Shown one piece after another: positions 9,013 to 17,116 of a DNA stretch of 64,000 bases (its first letter is position 1; each line of letters starts with the position of its first letter). The DNA is taken from assembly GCA_963728205.1 (NCBI GenBank), contig CAVSIV010000001.1, positions 512,001-576,000 on the forward strand, written 5' to 3'. The stretch is from an uncultured Chloroflexia bacterium. Its GTDB lineage: Bacteria; Chloroflexota; Dehalococcoidia; UBA2979. Position numbers and translations under genes: made by a program. The notes below the pieces were generated by a model. That model was given only the letters and a program-made list of their open reading frames with translations. It ran no database searches and was not told where the DNA came from.

Positions 9013-10131
9013 ATGGCGACACACCTCACCCGGCCGCAGCACCTGCGCCTGCGCACCCGCGCCCAGCGCCTGGATCCGGCGCATCCGCTGGCGAGCGCCG
9101 CCGAGGTCGCCGCCGCGCTCTGCGGCCTGCAGTCGCAGGAGCCTGCCGCCGCCGACCTCGGCGTGCGCGCCCGGTCCGCCGGCGCGACGGCCGAGGATGT
9201 GGTCCGCGCGCGCGACGTCGACCGCTCGGTCGTCCAGACGTGGAGCCTGCGCGGGACGCTGCATCTGCACGCCGCCGAGGACGTGCGCTGGCTCGTCGCG
9301 CTGATCGGCCCCGTCGCGCTCGCGCGCCAGCGCCGGCGGCGTGAGCAGCTCGGCCTCGACGCCGAGACCTGTCGCCGCGCGATCGCCGCGATGCGGCGAC
9401 GCCTCGCCGACGGCGCGCCGGCGACCCGTCAGGAGCTGCGCGAGGCGCTCGCCGCCCGCGGCATCGACACCGAGGGCCAGCGGCTCGCCCAGCTCCTCTC
9501 CTTCGCCGGCTTCAGCGGCGAGATCTGCGCGGGCCCCGGCCGCGGCCGCGCGCAGACGTACGTCGCGCTCGACGCGTGGGTGCCGTCGCGCGACGTGCCG
9601 TCCGCGGCGGAGTCCCTCGCGCGGCTCGCCGCGCGCTACCTGGCGGCGTATGCGCCGGCGCGACCAGCCGACCTCGCGGTATGGAGCGGGCTGCCGACGG
9701 CGTCCGCACGCGCCGCGTGGCGCGCCGTCGAGAGCGACCTCGAGCCGGTGGAGGTCGAGGGGGAACGCGCCCCGCTCTGGATGCCGCGTTCGCACGCGCA
9801 GTGGCTCGACGACGACGGCGCTGCTCCCGTCGTCCGGCTCCTTCCGCGCTTCGACACGTACACGCTCGGGCATCGCACCCGCGACCTGATCGACCCGCTC
9901 GACGGCTGGAAGCGGGTGAACGCGGGCGGCGGGATCCTGCACCCGGTCATCGTCGTGGACGGGGTGCTGCGCGGCGTCTGGCGCCTGCGGCGCACCGGGA
10001 AGCGGCTGGAAATCGGGCTCGAGCCGTTCGAGCCGCTCCGGCGCGGGGTCCTGCGACAGGCGCGTCGCGAGATCGCGGACATTGGCCGCTTCCTGGACGT
10101 CGACGCGGCGCTGGTTCCGGCCGCCGGCTGA
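9013..10131 (+). CDS. AlkZ/YcaQ (HTH_42) DNA glycosylase family
   Basis: GLQSQ (QxQ) motif, WSLRGTLH, DLAVWSGL, VRLLPRFDTY and VVDGVLRGVW; TAGCGT (-10-like) 7 nt before ATG 9013 suggests a leaderless start. Confidence 0.85.
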   Translation: MATHLTRPQHLRLRTRAQRLDPAHPLASAAEVAAALCGLQSQEPAAADLGVRARSAGATAEDVVRARDVDRSVVQTWSLRGTLHLHAAEDVRWLVALIGPVALARQRRRREQLGLDAETCRRAIAAMRRRLADGAPATRQELREALAARGIDTEGQRLAQLLSFAGFSGEICAGPGRGRAQTYVALDAWVPSRDVPSAAESLARLAARYLAAYAPARPADLAVWSGLPTASARAAWRAVESDLEPVEVEGERAPLWMPRSHAQWLDDDGAAPVVRLLPRFDTYTLGHRTRDLIDPLDGWKRVNAGGGILHPVIVVDGVLRGVWRLRRTGKRLEIGLEPFEPLRRGVLRQARREIADIGRFLDVDAALVPAAG

Positions 10132-10260
10132 CCGCGCGGCTATAAGCAGATCGGAAGGCGGGCTGTTGCGGCGCGAAGCCATGGGCGCACGCCGGTGGAC
10201 TACCGTGCAGCCGACGGCGCGACCCGCCCGCGGCCCGCGCCCGCACCCAGGAGGAACGAG

Positions 10261-11139
10261 ATGGACATCGACTCCGCCATGGCGGCCATCCAGGAGCACG
10301 ACGGCGTGCTCACCGGCCCGCTCAAGGCGCCCGCCAACCTGGCCGCCGACGCGGCCGGCAGCATCCACGACGACGAGACCGCGCAGAAGCTCGGCTTCCG
10401 CGGCGGCACCGTCGCCGGTTCGGTGCACATGCAGCAGTTCCCGCCGATGCTCGTCCGCGCGTTCGGCCCGGAGTGGTTCGAGACCGGCACGATCTCGACG
10501 TACTTCCGCAACGCGACGATGCACGGCGAGCCCGTCCAGCCATTCGCGAAGGTCCCGGCGCGCCGTACCGACGCGCAGACCGACATCTGGATGCATCGCG
10601 ACACCGGCGCGCTCGTGCTCGAGGGCACGGCGTCGGTGGGCAACCCCGGTGTGCCGACATGCATCGACGAGCGCCTGGCGAACCTCCCGGAGCGCGGCGA
10701 GACGCGCATCCTCGAGCTCGCCCGGCCCGGCACGACGACGCCCGAGGAGCCGGTCCATCGCACCGACCCCGTTCGGCGCGAGCGTCAGCTGCAGGCGATG
10801 ACCGAGCCGCTCGACTGGTACGACGGCCCGACTCCGTGGGGCGGCCCGATCGTGAATCCCGGCGTTGCGGTCGGCCTCTTCCGCGGCCCGGAGCGGCACT
10901 TCAACCTGCGTCGCGAGGGCGTGGTGGGCCTCTTCGGCGCCATCGAGATCCGGCACCTCAACGGTCCGATCTTCGAGGACCGCGCCTACACCTGCTCCGG
11001 CGAACTGCTCGCCGTCGGCGAGACGCCGAAGTCCGAGTACATCTGGTACCGCAGCACGCTGCACGAGCAGGGCCGCGACGTCGCGCAGATGGTGATGATG
11101 CTGCGGTTCATGAAGGCATCGTCTCCGCTCTGGCCATAA
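10261..11139 (+). CDS. Hypothetical double hot-dog fold (MaoC-like) protein
   Basis: SIHDDETAQKLGFRGGTVAG resembles the MaoC hydratase motif; AGGAGG RBS; acyl-CoA gene context. Confidence 0.65.
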   Translation: MDIDSAMAAIQEHDGVLTGPLKAPANLAADAAGSIHDDETAQKLGFRGGTVAGSVHMQQFPPMLVRAFGPEWFETGTISTYFRNATMHGEPVQPFAKVPARRTDAQTDIWMHRDTGALVLEGTASVGNPGVPTCIDERLANLPERGETRILELARPGTTTPEEPVHRTDPVRRERQLQAMTEPLDWYDGPTPWGGPIVNPGVAVGLFRGPERHFNLRREGVVGLFGAIEIRHLNGPIFEDRAYTCSGELLAVGETPKSEYIWYRSTLHEQGRDVAQMVMMLRFMKASSPLWP

Positions 11140-11164
11140 GGCGGCCCTCGCCCCGCCGCCGGTC

Positions 11165-11400
11165 GTCAAGCGGCGGCAGCATGCCGCCGATGCGGTCGGC
11201 GGCATCAGCCGCGGACGAGATCGGCGCCGGGCGCGCGAGCCGCGGCGGCGGCGGGCATCGGCCCGTCACAGCCGCGGACCCGCCGGCGGGCACGCGCCCG
11301 CCCCAGCGGCGGCAGGTCGGCCGCCGCGGACCGCGCCACACCACAGCGGCGGCAGACATGCCGCCGACAGGGCGCGGGCGCAGCCCGCGGATGGCGCGCG
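11165..11400. repeat. REP-like family A, two direct copies
   Basis: gtcaagcggcggcagcatgccgccga (11165) and agcggcggcagacatgccgccgacagggcgcgg (11345). Confidence 0.75.
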
Positions 11401-11438
11401 CCGTACCGCATGACCGGACAATCGACGGGAGCCGCACG

Positions 11439-12296
11439 ATGGCCGACGACCCCAGGGTCCACTACGAAACGCGCGACGACGGCACCATCGCCGTCATCGG
11501 CATGGCGCGGGAGCGGTACCGCAACGCCCTGAGCCGGCAGATGGTCGAGGAGATCGACGCCGCGTTCGAGCGCGCGGCCGCCGACGACGCCGTGCGCGTG
11601 ATCGTGCTGCGCGGCGAGGGGCCGACGTTCTCGGCCGGCCACGACCTCGGCTCGCCCGACGCGCTCGCGATGCGCGCCGAGCGCGAGGGCGAAGCGATGG
11701 GCCGGCGCTACCCGCGGACGCGCGCGATGGACGTCGACCCGCACCTGCGCTGGCGCGCGATCCCCAAGCCGACCATCGCGATGGTGCAGGGGCACTGCAT
11801 CTACGCGGCCTGGATGCTCGCCTCCGCGATGGACGTGATCTTCGCAGCCGACAACGCGCAGTTCCTGCCGACGAACTTCGCGTACTTCTCGGTGCCCTGG
11901 GACATCGGCGCGCGCCGCGCGATGTACCTGATGTACGACAACCGCTTCATCGACGCGCGCGAGGCGAAGGAGTGGGGCTTCGTCTCCGATGTCTTCCCGG
12001 CGGACCGGCTCGAGGCCGAGACGATGGCCTACGCCGCGCGGGTCGCGCGGCAGGATCCGTTCCAGCTGCGGATGATGAAGCACTCGATCCACCAGATGCA
12101 GGAGATCCAGGGCTTCACGGCGCACATCCTCTCGTCGTACTCCGACCGGATGGTGCGCGCGGCGAACACCGAGGTGCCGATCACGCGGGACCCGGGCGAC
12201 GGGTCGCGGCGCAAGTACGTGAGCGTGGAGCGCGCCCGCGCGAACCGCGCCGCGACGGAAGGCGACGAGCCCGGGGGGAGCGGCACCGGCGCCTGA
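11439..12296 (+). CDS. Enoyl-CoA hydratase/isomerase (crotonase) family
   Basis: RNALS..M, VRVIVLRGEG.TFSAGHDL and IPKPTIAMVQG motifs; C-terminal part of the 10473 ORF. Confidence 0.9.
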   Translation: MADDPRVHYETRDDGTIAVIGMARERYRNALSRQMVEEIDAAFERAAADDAVRVIVLRGEGPTFSAGHDLGSPDALAMRAEREGEAMGRRYPRTRAMDVDPHLRWRAIPKPTIAMVQGHCIYAAWMLASAMDVIFAADNAQFLPTNFAYFSVPWDIGARRAMYLMYDNRFIDAREAKEWGFVSDVFPADRLEAETMAYAARVARQDPFQLRMMKHSIHQMQEIQGFTAHILSSYSDRMVRAANTEVPITRDPGDGSRRKYVSVERARANRAATEGDEPGGSGTGA

Positions 12297-12388
12297 TCCG
12301 ACGCCGTGCGGTCAACTTCGAGCCGCGCCCGGTCCAGGCGCGGGTCGGCTGCGATCACGCGCGGCCGTCCCTCGCTCGGGAGGCCCGC

Positions 12389-12580
12389 TCAACTGGCCTT
12401 CGCGCGCAGCGCGTAGATCGACGTGTGCGCGACGGTCGCGAGCGCCTCGCCGTCCGCCTGCGTCGCCACCTCCACGCTGAACGTCACGTACCTGTGGCCG
12501 TTGCGCTCGAAGCAGCTCGAGCACGCCGCCGGTCGCGCGCAGCGGCTCGTCGACGCTCGGCGCGGGCTGGAGCACGGGCG
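12389..12580 (-). pseudogene. Frameshifted 3' remnant of a hot-dog fold (MaoC-like) gene
   Basis: Two frames join as PSVDEPLRATGGVLEL/FERNGHRYVTFSVEV...ALATVAHTSIYALR*, with an extra base near 12512; no start codon. Confidence 0.45.
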
Positions 12581-12650
12581 CGAGCCCGGCGGCTTGCGGT
12601 CTGGCGCGGTGGTACCGTCGCGGCCGCGTCGAGGAGGATGGGGCGAGGCG

Positions 12651-14969
12651 ATGGCGTCGAACGCGTCGATGGGGCCGGCGGAGCTGCTGCGCGACGTGCG
12701 CGTCGTGGAGGTGGCGGGCTCGCTCGCCGCCGCCGTGTGCGGGCGCGCGCTGTCCGATGCCGGCGCCGACGTGACGCTCCTGCGCGCCGGTCTCGGCGCG
12801 CCCGCGGACGAGCAGCCCCTCGCCCGCGCGGCGCTCGACCTGCCGAAGCGGCCCCTGTCCGCGGCCGGCGCCGCGGACCGTGAGCGCGCGCTGGCGGCGG
12901 CCGACGTGGTGGTGCTGGGCGGGCATCCCTCGGCGCTCGCCGCCGCCGGGGTCGCGCCGGCGCGGCTGCGCGCGCTCGCGCCGGCCGCCGTGGTCGCCGC
13001 GATCACGCCGTTCGGGCACGACGGGCCCGCGGCGAAGCGGCGCGCGACCGACCTCGTCGCGTTCCACGCGAGCGGGCTCGCGCGGATCCTGCTCGGGCCG
13101 GTCGAGGACCCCCGCGCGGACCCGCCGGTGCGCGCTGCCGGCGAGCAGTCGGCGTTCGTCGCGGGGTCGGTCGCGGCGCTCGCCGTCGCGCTGGCGCTGG
13201 CCGGCCGCGAGCGCGGCGTGCCGCCGCCGGTGGTCGACGTCTCGGTGCAGGAGGCCGTGGCTGCGATGGCGACGCGCGAGCTGGCGATGCCGGCGTTCGG
13301 CGGCGTGCCGTCGCGCACGCGCACGCCGGGGCAGATCGGCCTCACCTACGTGATCCCGGCTGCCGACGGCCACGTCGCGATCTCGCCGCGCGAAGCGCAC
13401 CAGTGGCGCGCGTGGCTGGAGGCGATGGGGTCGCCCGCCTGGGCCGGCGCGCCGGAGTTCGCGGACCGCGCCGGCCGCATGGAGCACGGCGACCGGCTGA
13501 TCGCGCACATTGGCGCGTGGAGCGCGGGGCGCACGCGCGCCGAGCTGTTCGCGCTCGCGCAGGCGGCGCACGTGCCATGCTTCCCCGTCAGCCGGCCCGC
13601 CGACGTGCTGCGCGAGCCGCAGTTCGCGGAGCGCGGGTTCTTCGCGGACGCGACGGTGTCGGGCGCCGGCGAGGTGCGCGTGCCGACGCGGCCGTACCGC
13701 GTGACCGCCGGCCCCGCGCCGGTCGCCGCCGCCGGGGCGCGTGCGCCGGCCGCGCCGCCCGCCGCTGCCCGCGCGCTCCCGCTCGCCGGCGTGCGCGTCG
13801 TCGACTTCTCGTGGGTGATCGCGGGGCCGACCTGCACGCGCTACCTCGCGGCGATGGGCGCCGACGTGATCAAGGTCGAGGCGCCGGACCGTCCGGACCC
13901 CGGGCGCGGCTCGGAGCTGCACGCGGTACTCGGCGCGTCGAAGCGCAGCGTCGCGCTCGACCTCAAGGCGCCGGGCGCGTTCGACGCGGTGCGACGGCTG
14001 GTCGCCGCGAGCGACGTGGTCGTCGAGAACTTCGCCGGCGGCGTGATGGAGCGCCTCGGGCTCGACTACGCGTCGCTCGTCCGCGAGCGGCCCGACCTCG
14101 TGATGCTGTCGGCGTCGGGGATGGGGCGGACGGGGCCGCTCGCGCACGCGGTCGCCTACGGCACGCTGCTCCAGTGCTTCACCGGGTTCTCGGGGCTCAA
14201 CGGCAGTCCGGGGCGGCCGCCGGCGGCGGGGTTCGCGTGGGCCGACCCGCTCAGCGCGATCATGATGGCGACCGCGATCGCCGCCGCGCTGCGCGCTCGG
14301 GCGCGTACCGGTCGCGGCTGCCACATCGACTTCTCGATGGCCGAGGCGCTGCTATGGACGATGCCGGGCACGCTGCTCGAGGCGCAGCAGCCGGGCGCCG
14401 CCGACCCCGCGCCGTGGGGCAATGCTTCGCGTGTGTTCGCGCCGCACGGGCTGTACGCCGCCGCCGGGTTCGATCGCTGGGTCGCGATCGGGGTGACGAG
14501 CGATGAGGAGTGGCGCGCGCTGTGCAGGGTCGTGCCCGAGCTCGAGCGCCTCGCGGCGCTCGACGTCGCCGGGCGGCGCGCGGCGGCTGCGGAGATCGAC
14601 GCCGTGATCGGGGCATGGGCGGGTGCGCGGGCGGCGGCCGATGCCGCCGCGGCGTTGCAGGCGGCGGGCGTGCCGTCGGCGGAGTCGGTCGACACGCAGC
14701 AGCTGTTCGAGGACGCGCACCTCGACGCGCGCGGCTTCTTCACGCTCGTCGACGCCGGCGGGGGGGTGCTGCGCCTGCCGGGGCTGCCCTGGCGCGCGGA
14801 CGGCGCAGCGGCCCCGCGGCTGACGGCCGCGCCCGAGCTGGGGGCGGACACGGAGACGGTGCTGGCGGAGGTGGTGGGGCTCGACGGCAACGCGGTCGCG
14901 CGGCTGCGCGCGGCCGGCGCGTTCGGCTCAGCGGCGGCAGATATGCCGCCGATGTCAGCGCGGCCGTGA
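12651..14969 (+). CDS. Double-domain family III CoA-transferase (CaiB/BaiF)
   Basis: Two CaiB domains: LRDVRVVEVAG..GADV and LAGVRVVDFSWVIAGP..MGADVIKVE; C-terminal APELGADT..VL. Confidence 0.92.
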   Translation: MASNASMGPAELLRDVRVVEVAGSLAAAVCGRALSDAGADVTLLRAGLGAPADEQPLARAALDLPKRPLSAAGAADRERALAAADVVVLGGHPSALAAAGVAPARLRALAPAAVVAAITPFGHDGPAAKRRATDLVAFHASGLARILLGPVEDPRADPPVRAAGEQSAFVAGSVAALAVALALAGRERGVPPPVVDVSVQEAVAAMATRELAMPAFGGVPSRTRTPGQIGLTYVIPAADGHVAISPREAHQWRAWLEAMGSPAWAGAPEFADRAGRMEHGDRLIAHIGAWSAGRTRAELFALAQAAHVPCFPVSRPADVLREPQFAERGFFADATVSGAGEVRVPTRPYRVTAGPAPVAAAGARAPAAPPAAARALPLAGVRVVDFSWVIAGPTCTRYLAAMGADVIKVEAPDRPDPGRGSELHAVLGASKRSVALDLKAPGAFDAVRRLVAASDVVVENFAGGVMERLGLDYASLVRERPDLVMLSASGMGRTGPLAHAVAYGTLLQCFTGFSGLNGSPGRPPAAGFAWADPLSAIMMATAIAAALRARARTGRGCHIDFSMAEALLWTMPGTLLEAQQPGAADPAPWGNASRVFAPHGLYAAAGFDRWVAIGVTSDEEWRALCRVVPELERLAALDVAGRRAAAAEIDAVIGAWAGARAAADAAAALQAAGVPSAESVDTQQLFEDAHLDARGFFTLVDAGGGVLRLPGLPWRADGAAAPRLTAAPELGADTETVLAEVVGLDGNAVARLRAAGAFGSAAADMPPMSARP

Positions 14970-15095
14970 GCCGCGCACGGCCCGCGCACCCGGACGGCCG
15001 CGGCGCGTCGTCGGCATGTCGGCCACCGCTCATGGGGGGCGGCGGGGCGATGGGGGCGCGACGGCGGAATCGGCGGCATGCTGCCGCCGCTTGAC
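14930..15095. repeat. REP-like family A inverted pair, overlapping the 3' end of the CoA-transferase
   Basis: agcggcggcagatatgccgccgat (14930) and atcggcggcatgctgccgccgcttgac (15069-15095) between convergent genes. Confidence 0.78.
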
Positions 15096-15132
15096 GCGGG
15101 GCGCCGGGGCGACGGGGGGCCGAGGGGCGCCG

Positions 15133-16050
15133 CTAGAACTCCTGGCTGCGCCGGTACTCGTCGAGCCGGCGCTGCTGCGCGTCGGTCAGCGGGCCGAACG
15201 GCTCGCCCCGCTGGCGCAGGTCGCCGGTGAAGTTCGGCGGCCGGTGCTCGTTGAAGGCGCGCGGGCCCTCCTCGGCGTCGACCGTGAGCTGGCGCAGCAG
15301 CGTGTTCATCATGTGCTGCACCTGCCACGCCTGGTCCTCGGGCGCGTCGCGGTAGCGGATCACGAACTCCTTGATCATGCGCATCGCGACCGGCGGCATC
15401 GTCGCCATGCGGCGGGCCATCGCCTCCGCCGCCGGCATCAGGTCGTCGTGCGCCACGACGTCGGTGACGAGGCCGATACGGTGCGCCTCCTCGGCGTCGA
15501 CGGGGTCGTCGGTCAGCATCATGCGCATGGCATCGGCGTAGCGGAGCTGGCGCGCGAGCAGCGTGGCGCCGGGCCCGGTGCCGAGCCAGCCCTGCGAGAG
15601 CAGCGCGAACTTGAAGCGCGCGTGCTCGCGGCAGGCGAAGCGCACGTCGGTGGACGCCAGCACGAGATAGAGGCCGGCGCCGGCGGCCCAGCCGTTCACC
15701 GCCGCGACGACCGGCTTCCAGATGCGCGGGTAGTGGTCGCCCATCCGGGTGTCGACGCCCGTGCGGTTGCCGTTCACCGAGCCGGCGGGGGGCCAGAAGG
15801 CGCGCTCGAGCCGCAGGTACTCGCGCTCCTCGGGAGAGAGGTCCTCGGGCGGGACCAGGTTGTGGCCGGCGCAGAAGTGGCGGTCGCCGCTGCCGGTGAT
15901 GAGGACGGAGCGGACGTCGCGGTCCTCCCACGCGGCGGTCCACGCGTCGGCCAGCTCGCGGGCGGTGTGCTGGTCGAGGACGTTCGCGCGCTCGGGGTTG
16001 TCGATCGTGATGCGGCCGATGCCGTCGCCGGTCTCGTAGCGGATGCCCAC
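15133..16050 (-). CDS. Enoyl-CoA hydratase/isomerase family
   Basis: ITIDNPERAN, FCAGHNL, WKPVVAAVNGWAAGAG and DAEEAHRIGLV motifs; GAGGAGG RBS before GTG 16050. Confidence 0.9.
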   Translation of the reverse strand: MGIRYETGDGIGRITIDNPERANVLDQHTARELADAWTAAWEDRDVRSVLITGSGDRHFCAGHNLVPPEDLSPEEREYLRLERAFWPPAGSVNGNRTGVDTRMGDHYPRIWKPVVAAVNGWAAGAGLYLVLASTDVRFACREHARFKFALLSQGWLGTGPGATLLARQLRYADAMRMMLTDDPVDAEEAHRIGLVTDVVAHDDLMPAAEAMARRMATMPPVAMRMIKEFVIRYRDAPEDQAWQVQHMMNTLLRQLTVDAEEGPRAFNEHRPPNFTGDLRQRGEPFGPLTDAQQRRLDEYRRSQEF

Positions 16051-16231
16051 GCGTCGCCTCCTCGCTCGTGCCCCGCGCACTCTAGCGCCGACGTGGGCCG
16101 CGGGAGCGGGGAGGCGGCCGGCGAACCGGGGTTCGCAGCCGGGAAGAAGCCCGCAGATCCGGGCGAGCCCGCGGGATGGCGCTCCGCCGGGTGATGCATC
16201 CCGCTGCCGGCGGACAGGGCGAGGAAACGGC

Positions 16232-16278
16232 TTGACTGAGAATGAACGTTCATTTATAAAAGTGAACGTATATTCATT
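16232..16278 (+). promoter_or_regulatory. Sigma70-type promoter with overlapping palindromic (TetR) operator
   Basis: TTGACT (16232-37), 17 bp spacer, TATAAA (16255-60); perfect palindrome AATGAACGTTCATT (16241-54); related imperfect site at 16261-78; a striking AT-rich island upstream of tetR. Confidence 0.88.
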
Positions 16279-16322
16279 GAATCGAATCCGCGGCCGCCAT
16301 CCGTGGAGACAGGATCCCCCTC

Positions 16323-16454
16323 ATGAACCCCGAGCGCGTGTACTACTCCTTCCTCCTCCGGCTGCCCCGCCGGAACCACCCGACCTACGACGAGGGCCTC
16401 CGTGACATGCGCGACGCCCTCCGCTCGCGCGATGCGCTGAACCTGCCGCGATAG
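16323..16454 (+). CDS. Small 43-aa protein (not in ORF track)
   Basis: MNPERVYYSFLLRLPRRNHPTYDEGLRDMRDALRSRDALNLPR*; GC3-rich codons; GGAG/AGGA upstream; TAG overlaps the tetR GTG (TAGTG). Confidence 0.6.
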   Translation: MNPERVYYSFLLRLPRRNHPTYDEGLRDMRDALRSRDALNLPR

Positions 16455-17116
16455 TGGCGCCGCCGCCGCTGCTCCCCGACCGCTACCTCGACGCGCGCCG
16501 CGCGGACATCCTCGAGGCGTCGAAGCGCGTCTTCGTCCAGAAGGGCTTCGCCGCGGCGACGATGCACGACATCGCCGAAGAGGCGGGCGTCAGCGCGGGC
16601 AACATCTACCGGTACTTCGCGAGCAAGGAAGACCTGATTCGCGCCGTGACCGTCGAATGCGAGCGCGACTACGCGACGCTGTTCGAGGGCAACGGCCAGG
16701 CCGTGACGTCGCCGATGGCGCTCCTCGAGCAGGCCGGCCACGAGGAGTGGCACGCGATCCGGGAGCCCGGCGGCCGCGACCGGGCCGTCCTCAACCTTGA
16801 GTCCACGCTCGTCGGCTCGCGCAACGCCGAGGTCGGCACGGCGATCGCCGAGGCGATGCGGTCGACGCACGGCCTGCTGGTGCGCCTCGTCGCCGCCGCG
16901 CAGGAGCGCGGCGAGATCGCGGACGGGGTGGATCCCGCGGCGCTCGCGATGTTCCTCGTCGCCGCCACGCACGGGGTGCAGGTGCTGACGCTGCAGCTGG
17001 GAGACGAGGTCGACGTCGACGCGACGTGGCAGGTGCTCGTGCAGCTGCTGAAGGCGTTCACCGGCACGGCCGCCGCGCCGGAGCCGCAGGGCGTGGCCGG
17101 CGGAGCCTCCTCGTGA
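16454..17116 (+). CDS. TetR/AcrR family transcriptional regulator
   Basis: RRADILEAS..VF.QKGF..ATMHDIAEEAGVSAGNIYRYFASKEDL HTH. Confidence 0.95.
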   Translation: MAPPPLLPDRYLDARRADILEASKRVFVQKGFAAATMHDIAEEAGVSAGNIYRYFASKEDLIRAVTVECERDYATLFEGNGQAVTSPMALLEQAGHEEWHAIREPGGRDRAVLNLESTLVGSRNAEVGTAIAEAMRSTHGLLVRLVAAAQERGEIADGVDPAALAMFLVAATHGVQVLTLQLGDEVDVDATWQVLVQLLKAFTGTAAAPEPQGVAGGASS

